The notes under the pieces were generated by a model. That model searched no databases. It had not been told where the DNA came from and saw only the letters and a list, made by a program, of their open reading frames with translations. A DNA stretch of 64,000 bases from Phallusia mammillata (Eukaryota), in contig OZ281494.1 in assembly GCA_965637545.1 (NCBI GenBank), forward strand, positions 14,074,001 through 14,138,000. The letters are read 5' to 3'. The translations under genes were made by a program, and so were the position numbers. Positions 26,561-36,665 of the stretch are shown one piece after another (positions within the stretch are counted from its first letter, which is position 1; every line of letters begins with the position of its first letter).

Positions 26561-28995
26561 TCATATTACTGAATCCAACCAATCCTCCAAGTCTTCTTCA
26601 CAACTTTTATCATCTGAAAGAAAACCATGATTACAGTTAGCCCAAGTATTTAAAATACCTTATAACAGGAGCCCAGGAACCTTCTGCATGTTAAAGGCCA
26701 TAACCAAGAGCAATTCATTGGGCTGTGCTTTTCATAATCAATTCTGTTCTCTGTACTGTTTATGATATTGTTAAAAACACAAAGACTTTTGGTGCTTTTA
26801 CCTTAATGCAATCTTTATTAAAGATTAGTGAACAGTCATATCGAACCCACAGCCTTAAGTTGACTTACAAAATAGGGGATATGGGCACAGTACAACTCTC
26901 ATGAATTGGTATGTTTTAAAAATCCACTAAAACTCAAAGCTGAAGTGCATGCCCTATTTTCAGAATGGTAATAAAAAATGTTATCAGAACTCATCAGATT
27001 TTATCCTAAATGGCATACAGATACAAAAGTGAAGTAACATACCAGAGGCCACTTCATCATTGTGGGGAATGTTGTCACAATGTACTGTAGTTTGTTTTTC
27101 TAAAATGATATTCGTTAAAACAAAATACATACACACCACACACAATTTATACCAAGTCAAACCTTACCAACTTCAGCAGTTAGACCTTGTTTAGCTGTGC
27201 TCAACAATAAGTCATCTAAATCACATTCCAAATCATTTACTTCATCTAATGTTTTGTCATCATGAATGTCATTGATTTCAGCTTTGTCTGAATGCAACAA
27301 TGTGTCAGCATCATCATTATTTTCACCAACAACCACAGTTGACTTGTTGGTGACAGAGTTAAAGGTTTCAATTTGTGTTTTTTCTTGCACAGAAATTGGA
27401 GCTTGGAAGTCAAATGTTGCTTTGTCAATGACAAGTGTTTGTGCAATAGAGTTCTCAATGCCAAAGGTTGAACTTGCAGATGTTTCATCAAGAATCTTTA
27501 ACAGAGATGGCTGAAAATCAGAAATATATTGCATTTAGTATCAATTGTTTGCAGTAATGATGTGTTTTGTCTGTCAGTAAACTCTTTGAATGCAGGATTC
27601 CATGTTTGGAGGTGATATACATAAACAATCAAATTAACCTACCTCAAAATCATTTGAATCAAACCCATAACGCTCACAAAATGTAAGTTGTGACAAAGCA
27701 TCTGCTATCTTCTCGCAGTCAATGGTCAATGCATCATCCACTTCCTCATTAAAATCCCACTCCTTTTCAGATTTTAATTTTAGATGGGAATTTGACTGAC
27801 CTTAAAAGCAATGGTCAAAAACATAACAATATAATGAACTATAGTCCAAAAATATTTTCAAAACATACTTGCATATGACATAAGCACTTCATAATCTTCC
27901 CCAATTTGATTAAGACTCTCATCTTCTTCTTCATACTTGTTCCAATTGCTTTTCACTTTTCTTTTGGCAAATGGGTTTTCAACCTCATCAATGTCAGTAT
28001 CCTTTTGGGCACAAGTAATTTTACACACAACAATGTTACAAAAATGTAACTGTGAAAGACACATTAAAAAACATGGAAAATTAATTAAAGTCCGTCTGTT
28101 TTACCTTTTGTTCTTTTGGTTGGTTTCCAGTTTCTTGTCTGGTCGAAGCACCTTTTTGTTTGTCTGTGCATATTAATGATAATTCTATTTAATTGCCTGT
28201 CGAAATCCCCCCCAAAAAACGTTTGCATGATGGACTTAGCAGTTAGCACACTGATGATAATCCCCCCAAAAAATTTTTGCATGCTGGACTTAGCAGTTAG
28301 CACACTGATGATGGGTGACACTAAAACGCTGAATGGGCGGGACGTCGCGGAAACCGCTCAATATCGGGTAAATTGCTGACGGTTAGTGCTATTAGGGTTA
28401 GGTTGAGGTTTTATAATAGTATATGAATCAAAAAATGTCCCTGCCTAAAACTTATTCAACTATTTCCTGACATTAGGCAAAAATGCTATGGCGGGACGTC
28501 GCGGGAGATGGCAGGACGTTTCGGGCGCGTAATGTAGTGTTCGGCGGAATTTTTTTTAATGATTTTCTATTATAAAACCTTATCCCAACCTTAATAGCTC
28601 CAACCGTCAGCAATTTAACCCGACATTTAGCGGTTTTCACGACGTCCCGCCATCTCCCGCGACGTCCCGCCCTCCATTCCGCCCGTCCCGCCCATTCAGC
28701 GTTTTAGTGTCACCCCTGATGATATTTCAGCGTTCTACTTGTTAAAAAAACAGAATAAGTGATTAAGCACCACTATACAATTAAATTCATTAAAATCACT
28801 TGTATATTTAAACCGGAAGTCTTTAATACGACACAGCGTACATTGGCATTGCTGCTTTCAAAACAACATGATTAATTAAACCTAAACACTGTTTCATTGT
28901 CCCATAAAGCAACGCTAACCTGTTTTTGAGGTTTGCATTCCATGTTTCTTTTTGTATTGTGAACTTTTCTTTTGCTTATGCTCGTCAGGTCTCAT
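26561..28995 (-). CDS. AVEN: Cell death regulator Aven (~292 aa)
   Basis: Exons 28995-28920, 28163-28105, 28001-27869, 27800-27643, 27510-27168, 27099-27043, 26613-26561 (879 nt, phases consistent). Motifs FAKRKVKSNWNKY, GEDYEVLMS, KSEKEWD and C-terminal EEDLEDWLDSVI* match Aven (YSRRKIVSNWDRY, EEKEWD, EEELEDWLDSMIS). Confidence 0.92.
28205..28312. repeat. Tandem duplication, ~55-bp unit x2, in AVEN intron 1
   Basis: atcccccc(c)aaaaaa..tttgcatg.tggacttagcagttagcacactgatgat occurs twice and ends at the left TSD of the adjacent MITE. Confidence 0.85.
28313..28715. mobile_element. MITE with long inverted repeats (Merlin/Mutator-like), 403 bp, AVEN intron 1
   Basis: TIR GGGTGACACTAAAACGCTGAATGGGCGGGACG and its complement; 8-bp TSD CTGATGAT (28305-28312 / 28716-28723); internal gggcgggacg repeats. 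Confidence 0.9.
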
Positions 28996-29525
28996 TATAA
29001 AATTAGATTTGTTTACAATTTCAGAACTATTTCGTTTCGTTTTCACCTTTCTTGTGTGGTGGGAATTACCCCAATTGTTTTTGCAACGCGACGGGCGATA
29101 AGCTTCACGCAACAAAAAATAAAATATTTTCCATTTTTTAACTTCAACAACAAATCGATAAAGTTACCTAATTTTATAGCTTCTAATCTTTCTTTGTTTT
29201 TTTTTGCGTTAGAGTTTGTATCCTGTTTAATTGCTAGGCTTAAAAAAATGCCCAAAACACCCACGAGTTACGACCATTCTGTCAACTGTACACAGTGCAA
29301 GTAGGAAGATTGCTTTATCTATCCTTTCCCTTTTTTGCTGCAAGTAAATTAAAACACACAGTGAAGGGAATGCATTCGTTATATTGATTACAGTAACATG
29401 TTTGATGTCAAATCACCAGCGAAAAGTAAGACTTTTTAAATTGCGATGCAGCACAATTATATGAATACCAGATGGTAGGCCTATTTACATTTGATGCAAA
29501 TAAAAGTTTGATGTTTGTCAGAAAT

Positions 29526-30080
29526 TTAGCTCTCCTGAACCGCTTCCATCTTCTCAATGTTGATTGGAATTTCTTTAGGCTTTTCCTCGGGCGGTGGCAA
29601 AGCCAGAAGTGGAGCCTTTAACTTGAGAATTCCCTGCTCGTTGAGTGTAGAAGTCAGTTGGTCCGCGTTAACATTTTCGGGCAGCACAAGTGAGCGATGA
29701 AACTGTCGTCGAGAGTAAGATTGGTGTTCCTCGTCCTCGTGGTGATCTTCTGTCACTGCATCCACCACAACCTTATTTCCAGCCATCTTAACCTTCACAT
29801 CTTCTGGTTTAAAGCCGTGCAAGTTAAAATTGCAAGTAAAACTGTTTGGGTCTGATCTTTCTACATCCATTGATGTTCCAGCACCCATATCATCTCCAAA
29901 TACACCCTTGACCTTATCCTCGTCAAGCAAATTAGGTAGGTGATAAAGCAGTCGCTCAAGGTCGTTAAATGAGCTTTGTCTTCTTGGTGGAAAACCTGGC
30001 GCATAGTGGAACGGGTGTAACCAGCCTGGCGCATAATCTGGCCTGATCAATCCCCAATGAAATGGTCGAGGTTCTGTCAT
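29526..30080 (-). CDS. Small heat shock protein (HSP20/alpha-crystallin), copy A, 184 aa, intronless
   Basis: Alpha-crystallin domain (FNLHGFKPEDVKVK...YSRRQFHRSLVLPENVNADQLTSTLNEQGILKLKAP) and C-terminal IPI motif. First ATG is at 30080; the ORF track starts at an upstream TTG. Confidence 0.93.
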   Translation of the reverse strand: MTEPRPFHWGLIRPDYAPGWLHPFHYAPGFPPRRQSSFNDLERLLYHLPNLLDEDKVKGVFGDDMGAGTSMDVERSDPNSFTCNFNLHGFKPEDVKVKMAGNKVVVDAVTEDHHEDEEHQSYSRRQFHRSLVLPENVNADQLTSTLNEQGILKLKAPLLALPPPEEKPKEIPINIEKMEAVQES

Positions 30081-30165
30081 TTTGCTGATTGCTAAACTGC
30101 CTACTTGTGTCAAAAACACCTTAACTTGTACAGACAATCTGCTGGATGTACAGAGTAACGCGCTG

Positions 30166-30240
30166 CTTATAAGCTACCTGCAACACTCAGTGCGCGACTC
30201 CTGTCACGTACGCGTAGACTATTGTCGAAATTTCGCGACT
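30166..30240 (-). promoter_or_regulatory. TATA box and heat-shock element of sHSP-A
   Basis: TATAAG on the minus strand (30171-30166); in-phase pentamers aGACt aTTGt cGAAa tTTCg cGACt at 30216-30240. Confidence 0.65.
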
Positions 30241-30564
30241 TTGCTGGCATAGACATCATTGCGTAAACAACTTACTACACTCGAGATCCTAGACATTGTT
30301 GGTATTCTATATCATCATTGACATAGGCATAGTTTCTGAAAAATGTCAATAAAAGTTAAGACTGAATAAAAAAAATATTTCCTCAACGGCAAAAAATTTG
30401 ACTCGCCTTATATGTCAACAAAACAAGTTGACTGCTTCGCGAAATCTCGCGTCATGTCCACGCACGTGACCTGAAGACTGTGACGTAGAAGTTGTAAACA
30501 TTGTGTGCGTGTTGCAAAATACAAAACAACCTTACCGCAGGATTATGTTTTGGGAGAAAATATT

Positions 30565-30616
30565 ACAAATTAGCATAAGTTATTGTACACCACAAATTAG
30601 CATAAGTTATTGTACA
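30565..30616. repeat. Tandem duplication, 27-bp period
   Basis: acaaattagcataagttattgtaca occurs twice, separated by cc. Confidence 0.85.
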
Positions 30617-30834
30617 TCTTATTTAACTCATAACAACATTCATGTTTGTCTGCATATTCGTATTAGCGACACACTGTTGCAATTTATGAACACCTTCATC
30701 AAATAAAACTTAATCAACCTAAAAATGACATTCAAATTGCTGCAAACCGAGATGTCGTGTTTTTTGACATGTAAATGTCGCGCATATTCCGATTTTGACA
30801 CGGCGTGTAACGCATTTGCACCGTCGTTGCATCA

Positions 30835-30864
30835 CGAATTTTCTATTGCGCTCTAGAAAATTCG
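30835..30864 (+). promoter_or_regulatory. Heat-shock element of sHSP-B
   Basis: cGAAt tTTCt attgc gCTCt aGAAa aTTCg in register, ~80 bp before the ATG. Confidence 0.7.
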
Positions 30865-30945
30865 CACTCACAAGGACACATTTTGAAAAGTAGTGTGGTA
30901 ATTGAAACAGCTAGTTGGTAAAATTGTTAACTGAAAAAACAAAAA

Positions 30946-31479
30946 ATGTCCCTTCGTTTGATTTTACCTGTTTATCGCAATTGTCGAATGTTTTCGAGGT
31001 GGCCAAGAAGATACGCTTGGGATGTTTTTCCAAGAATGGAGCCTTTTGTTGAGATGGAAAATAGGTTTCGTCGTATGACAGAGATTTTCGACTTTCCATC
31101 CACGCAATACTACTATAAGGACATGAACAAGTGGATCACTGACAGCACAGACAGGGCAAATTTTACAAGAAAGGTGTCCTTGATTGGATTTGAGCCTAAC
31201 GACATTAAGGTAAGGCTGAATGGAAACAAACTGGTCGTGGAGGCGAAAAGAGAGATCGAGGACAAGGGCCAAGAAAGCGACTCTTACACATCTCAACAGT
31301 TTTACTCGACACTGACAATGCCTGAAAATGTGGATCTGGCAAAACTGAGAATGAGTTTGAATAATTCAGGCACACTAAAAGTCTCTGCTCCTCTGCAATC
31401 TGTGGAAGATGGGTGCACAGAAACTGAAATTCCGGTGGACGTTGAAACAGACGCAAAGTCCACAGGCAAAAACAAATAA
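30946..31479 (+). CDS. Small heat shock protein, copy B, 177 aa, possible mitochondrial presequence
   Basis: Alpha-crystallin domain (VSLIGFEPNDIKVRLNGNKLVVEA...LTMPENVD...LNNSGTLKVSAP), IPV motif; Arg-rich, acid-free first 25 aa. Confidence 0.92.
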   Translation: MSLRLILPVYRNCRMFSRWPRRYAWDVFPRMEPFVEMENRFRRMTEIFDFPSTQYYYKDMNKWITDSTDRANFTRKVSLIGFEPNDIKVRLNGNKLVVEAKREIEDKGQESDSYTSQQFYSTLTMPENVDLAKLRMSLNNSGTLKVSAPLQSVEDGCTETEIPVDVETDAKSTGKNK

Positions 31480-31960
31480 ACAGTTAAACGTGTATTAAAG
31501 AACGCTGTATGTGTGAAGTTGTTGACTGTTGTTCGTTTCTTTTGTTGTGTAATAAATATTCATTCACATGATTTAATTGACCTTTTTTGTGATCAATGAA
31601 CATTTTTCGGCCGAGAATTAAGACAAGCAAAAACCAATTTGTAGATGTTTGTGGTAAACAAAAAGCGATGTTTAGCTCAGTGTTCTTCAATTTACAAAAC
31701 CAGCCTGAAAGACGGGTTGTTGGTTTTATACGGCGTTTCAAAGTTATAAACAATTTACCAGAAAATAGGTAAAAACCTAAAAAATGAGGAATTATCATGT
31801 GGAAAGTTATCAAATTAAATTAGGTCAAGTTTAATTTCTGCAACAAACGCATTTCAATAACAGCAAATAATGTTTTCCCAGAATGACGCAAGAATCAACA
31901 GCGTGCGGCTGGTCACGTCTGGCGCTTGCGCTGGGCGTGCCTTTTTCGTTTTTAATCGAG

Positions 31961-32028
31961 AGAATTCTCTCGAATATTCTGTGTACGTGAGGTGAAAGGC
32001 GTAAAAGGCTGTTTTCGGCACATAAATA
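31961..32028 (+). promoter_or_regulatory. Heat-shock element and TATA-like box of sHSP-C
   Basis: aGAAt tCTCt cGAAt aTTCt at 31961-31980; CATAAATA at 32021. Confidence 0.75.
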
Positions 32029-32094
32029 CTCGAGCGTGATTTGTGCTCAGAAACTTTTCAGAAAAGCAGCCGTTTGCGATCAAACCGAGCAGTC

Positions 32095-32904
32095 ATGGAC
32101 AAAGTTCACAGACCAATCGACTGGGATTACTGGAACCCGGGGGATTCATATCGCTTCTTCGACCGGACAAGACCGACCAGCACGACAGGACCGCGACCGT
32201 ACCATTGGGGATTAATCAGGCCAGAATACGCCCCAGGATGGCTACACCCGTTTCATTATGGGCCAGGTTTCGATTGGGGTGGTAATATAATAAAGAATGC
32301 AAAAATCTCAACCAGCGGAATGACAGAGCCTCGACCACGTTATATGGGTACAGTCCCGCTAGATGTTGCCATAGGATGGTTAGTACCTTTTAACCATGCG
32401 CCAGGCTTCGATGAGGGTGCTGACACATCAAAGAAAACTAGTGGCTCCACAACCAGCGCAACAACAGAGCCTAGACCCCGTTATATGGGAACAGTTCCGC
32501 TGGAAATTGCCATAGGATGGTTAACACCTTTTCATGCGCCAGGTTTTGATGGAGATGATATGGGTGCTGGAACATCAATGGATGTAGAAAGATCAGACCC
32601 AAACAGTTTTACTTGCAATTTCAACTTGCACGGCTTTAAACCAGACGACGTGAAGATTAAGATGGCTGGAAATAAGGTTACGGTGGATGCAGTGTCGGAG
32701 GATCATCACGATGACGAAGATCACCAATCGTACTCTCGACGACAGTTCCATCGCTCACTTGTGCTGCCCGAGAATGTTAACGCTGACCAACTGACTTCCA
32801 CATTCAACGAGCAGGGAGTTCTCAAGTTGAAGGCCCCACTTCTGGCTTTGACTGCGCCAGAGGACAAGCCGAACGAAGTTACCATTAACGTGGCGAAGGT
32901 GTAA
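32095..32904 (+). CDS. Small heat shock protein, copy C, 269 aa, three N-terminal repeats
   Basis: Alpha-crystallin domain nearly identical to copy A; three copies of PRP..G.....A.GWL.PF...PGFD; first ATG at 32095. Confidence 0.93.
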   Translation: MDKVHRPIDWDYWNPGDSYRFFDRTRPTSTTGPRPYHWGLIRPEYAPGWLHPFHYGPGFDWGGNIIKNAKISTSGMTEPRPRYMGTVPLDVAIGWLVPFNHAPGFDEGADTSKKTSGSTTSATTEPRPRYMGTVPLEIAIGWLTPFHAPGFDGDDMGAGTSMDVERSDPNSFTCNFNLHGFKPDDVKIKMAGNKVTVDAVSEDHHDDEDHQSYSRRQFHRSLVLPENVNADQLTSTFNEQGVLKLKAPLLALTAPEDKPNEVTINVAKV

Positions 32905-33962
32905 ACTTGATATTCCTTGAACGAGTGGAGTTATTAACCGTAACACACATGTATATATGCATTATAATCTTATTACCTGTAACATGTAGAATTGTTTCAT
33001 GCTGAAACGTTTGTTATGGGTGACAAAGAAATTACCTTTAAAGTCATTACTTCGGGAGATTTAGACGGCACACTTATATGTTATGACCGTTTACCTCACG
33101 GTATTTGTTGTAAATTTCATATTATATGCATCAATATTGCAGACACAATTTTTGTATCGGTTGAAATGCGTACGTTTAATAAATACAGACAAACATCCAG
33201 ATTGCCGACTACATTGAGAAAGAGGTCAGTCGTTAACATAAAGTGAGAACCAAAGATTATATATTAAGTGAAATAGCTTGTAAAACACTCGTAAAGAGAT
33301 TTGGAAGGGCTATAATTAAACAAAACAATTATTTGAATCGAAACCACCACAAATACAAGCGGTTAGAAATTAATAAAGATGTAGTGCGAGTGATGTAGAT
33401 TCAGAATATTCAAACCGGTTGCGAGTAATAATTGCCGCAAGAATAAAACAATTTAATAAACTTTTCGACAGCTAACTATAGCCATTCAAATAGAATCACA
33501 CTAACTCAAAGGAATAAAGTTGAAAACAAACAAACAAAAATAAATTGTAATAATACTTATACGCTGCACATTTGTTTGGTTTCAGCACACAGCTGTTACA
33601 GGGGTAAAAGTGCTTAAAATTAAGTCTAATTATAAAAACTTTCTTCGCGTGTTTTCTTTAAATCAATCTTGGCTTCTGCTCTGATATAATAGCAAATCTA
33701 AATCTGTCTTGCGTAGAACCTATCAAATACCTTGTTTTGGGCCATTTAAGTGACTTATGAAATCGGCCAGAGTCACAGAAGATTAACGTGTGTATTGGAA
33801 CTTTATTGTTTACAAAACCGAAAACATAAAAAAATTACACCTTTACAGATTAATCTATGTGCAACAGATCGTAGCCTACATGTTAATTGGTGAGGTACCG
33901 CGCCATAATGTTAGCCAACGTACACATGCTGAAAGTTACAAATGTTAATCGATAATTTTGTT

Positions 33963-34541
33963 TTAGTTAATCCGCATTTTGTCTTGAAGTTGATTCTTCC
34001 GCTTCAAATAAGTTAGTTTAACCGAAATGTCGGAAACTTTTTTCTTGTTCTCCGCTTTGATTAATGGCGCTGTGACTTTTAGGACGCCGCCAGGTTCCAT
34101 GGACACTGTAAGTTGAGCGGTGTCGACAGCGTCCGGCAAAGTAAAGGTTTTATGGAGTTTGCATGGTGTGTGTGAAGACGCTCCTTCGTTCTCCGAATAT
34201 TCCTTGCAATCCGCATCAATAATCAACTCCTTTCCGATCGTCTTCACTGCAACATTAGCGGGCCTGTATCCTGCCAATTGAAGTTCAAACTCGTAAGTGT
34301 CAGGATTAGCACTGTGTACCGGTTGTCCTAAGTTGATTTCATGCCGCCTGACGCGTTGTCTTTCCACACGTGCGGCTAAAACGTTAAATTCCGGCAAACT
34401 CCCAAATGTATATCCGCCCAACAAATCCTCATCTGGGTCAACTTCCAGCAGGACCATTGGATTCCAATCCCGTTCCGGGCTGAAATGAGGCTGCACGTCA
34501 CTCCCGCTGTCTTCTGATTGGCTGTTTGCACGCTGAACCAT
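33963..34541 (-). CDS. Small heat shock protein, copy D (divergent), 192 aa
   Basis: LQLAGYRPANVAVKTIGKELIIDA...KTFTLPDAVDTAQLTVSMEPGGVLKVTAP; ISV motif; first ATG at 34541 with a TATAAG ~60 bp upstream. Confidence 0.88.
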   Translation of the reverse strand: MVQRANSQSEDSGSDVQPHFSPERDWNPMVLLEVDPDEDLLGGYTFGSLPEFNVLAARVERQRVRRHEINLGQPVHSANPDTYEFELQLAGYRPANVAVKTIGKELIIDADCKEYSENEGASSHTPCKLHKTFTLPDAVDTAQLTVSMEPGGVLKVTAPLIKAENKKKVSDISVKLTYLKRKNQLQDKMRIN

Positions 34542-36665
34542 AGCTGATTCAAATTTGCGAACGCCGTATAAAAGTATAGCTAGGCGTCGGCAAACGACCA
34601 CTTATAAAGCCACGTGGAAGCTACGCGAAAGCTATGACCGCGGTGCAGAGTGCAAACATTACGTGCGTCTCGCATGTAGGCTGACCCATCGGGCGTTACG
34701 AATTTTGTTGCGCTTAGATCAAAGTCCGCTTGCTCTTTAGCTGTACGCAGCGGCACACTGCAAAACAATACGGGGTTGTTTCAGCAATTATTTTTAAAAA
34801 TCAATAATGTGTAAATATCAATACCTTATGTAAGTGTTCTATTATTACAGGCGGGCATTTTTGTTAGATGTTCGACTTTCATCGTAGATTTCTGATGTGG
34901 TATATATTTTAGTCATTGAGAGAAATGTTTGGATATTTCTGCATTTAACTCCGACTTCGTGTTAATTTTTGTCTGAGTAATACGTTCCAAAACAGGTTTT
35001 GCTCCAACACCGCAACATCATTAGGACAAGGTCAGGTGACCTTTTAAACCACGTGCCAATTTACTTTACGTCAAATGGTCACGGCTTCGAGTGTAACATT
35101 CGTGTGTTGCTGTTGTGCTGCTAAGTTATTCGAATAGCAACCAGAAAGCAGATTGATTCGCACGTGTGGAATGGCTTTACAAGACTATGACACCATAAAC
35201 TACGTTATGGTAATATTTACTTAAATATGAACTCACCAATAACTTGAAATGCGATGGAAAATCGTTGTCCTGCACTAAGCATTGCTCACTGCCCAATTCC
35301 ACTTAACTTTACACTGTTTCTACAGCACTAGTGTCCATATAAAAGTAGATAGGTCATCAAATACCACTTACGTATTGGTAGCTTTTATTTATATATACCC
35401 ACAATAAAAACAGAAAGAACTTTGCGAATTAAATTCAAGGTGCAAAACAACAACGCTTCGAAGAAAAAAAGAGAAATAAGCACTTTTTTACAGTGGATCA
35501 CCGCTTAAGAGGCGCAAGGATAATAGCATTTCTGACATATTGGTTCATTGCACATTAACCCTCTGCTGTCATGACAAATGTTGGTTGTCCAACTGCAATG
35601 CTAAAAAGTTACCAATGGCAAAGTGTCAGTTGATCTATACGTCTGTGTTTATCGCGACCCTTGCGCCATTCTCGCGGTTTTCGAATGAAGTAAAACGAGA
35701 TTAGTTTACCGGTTACGATACTGCATTGAGCAATGGTTTGCAACTGTTTCGACAAGCATTTATACTACTTCCAATACACGTGTTTTTTAATGGAAAAAGT
35801 CAAGTAAATATTATGCATTATAGTGGCACATTGATTTGAGAAAATAAAACATGATTTAACAAACAATAGTGGCTTATATATATAATGTTCCTTAGAAAAA
35901 AATTATACATATGGATATGTCTATGTCATGTTTTTAGCACACAATTATACACCTTGTTTGTACAATGCCATCTGCCATAATTCGCACATAAACCAGACTG
36001 TACTTCAAATAAACATGTCCACACAAAGGGCAATGCAAATGTTTACACATGGATAAGTTTGAAGTATGTCTGTCTAGCAACCAAGTTGGCAATCTAGTTT
36101 TTAACATTTTAATAGGAGTAGGCAGGGAGAGAAAAAAATAACTGGTGGCAAGAGTACAGCACAAATATTTGGGTAATTAATGACACTTGACCAAAAGAGC
36201 CACTTATAATCTATATTTACCAATAGAACACAACCCAAGTGGTACCCACATTGAAACAACTGGTTGTTTTTGCTGGTGAATGTATAATGCATGTAAAAAA
36301 GTACAACAAATTTAAGTCATTTAAAACTGACGAATGTTGTTTTAAAATTTACTTCATACATCCAAAATTGGCTGACAATGGCAAAACAACATTTTTTACT
36401 AAGTCATTTAGGCACCAAATAACAACAACAGAGTCTGTACCTTTCCTTGAAATGAAACAAATTAATGGTGGGACAAATACCAAATGCTACTTTTCTTACT
36501 GCATTCAGATTGAATGGCTAAAAATGCAGTGAGTTGAAACTAATTAACTATTCAGTTGCATAGGAAAATTTGAAGCCTTTAAAGGTAGGAGCACAATCTC
36601 TTCCAGGTGAAATGAGTGTGGAGTGCATGACAGCTCAATGGAATGAAAACAAAGCAAAGGACTTC

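Noticed and set aside
30964-31456. Antisense ORFs over sHSP-B (likewise over the ETS exon, AVEN, SLC38A10 and GT31 exons)
   Set aside because: Shadows of real coding sequence on the opposite strand.
34542-34601. N-terminal extension of sHSP-D that looks like a targeting peptide
   Set aside because: It starts at a GTG right next to the TATA box, so it is likely upstream of or within the 5' UTR. The TTG-initiated extensions of copies A and C were dropped in favour of their first ATG.
35555-35575. TTAACCCT piggyBac-like left end
   Set aside because: No matching right end found nearby.
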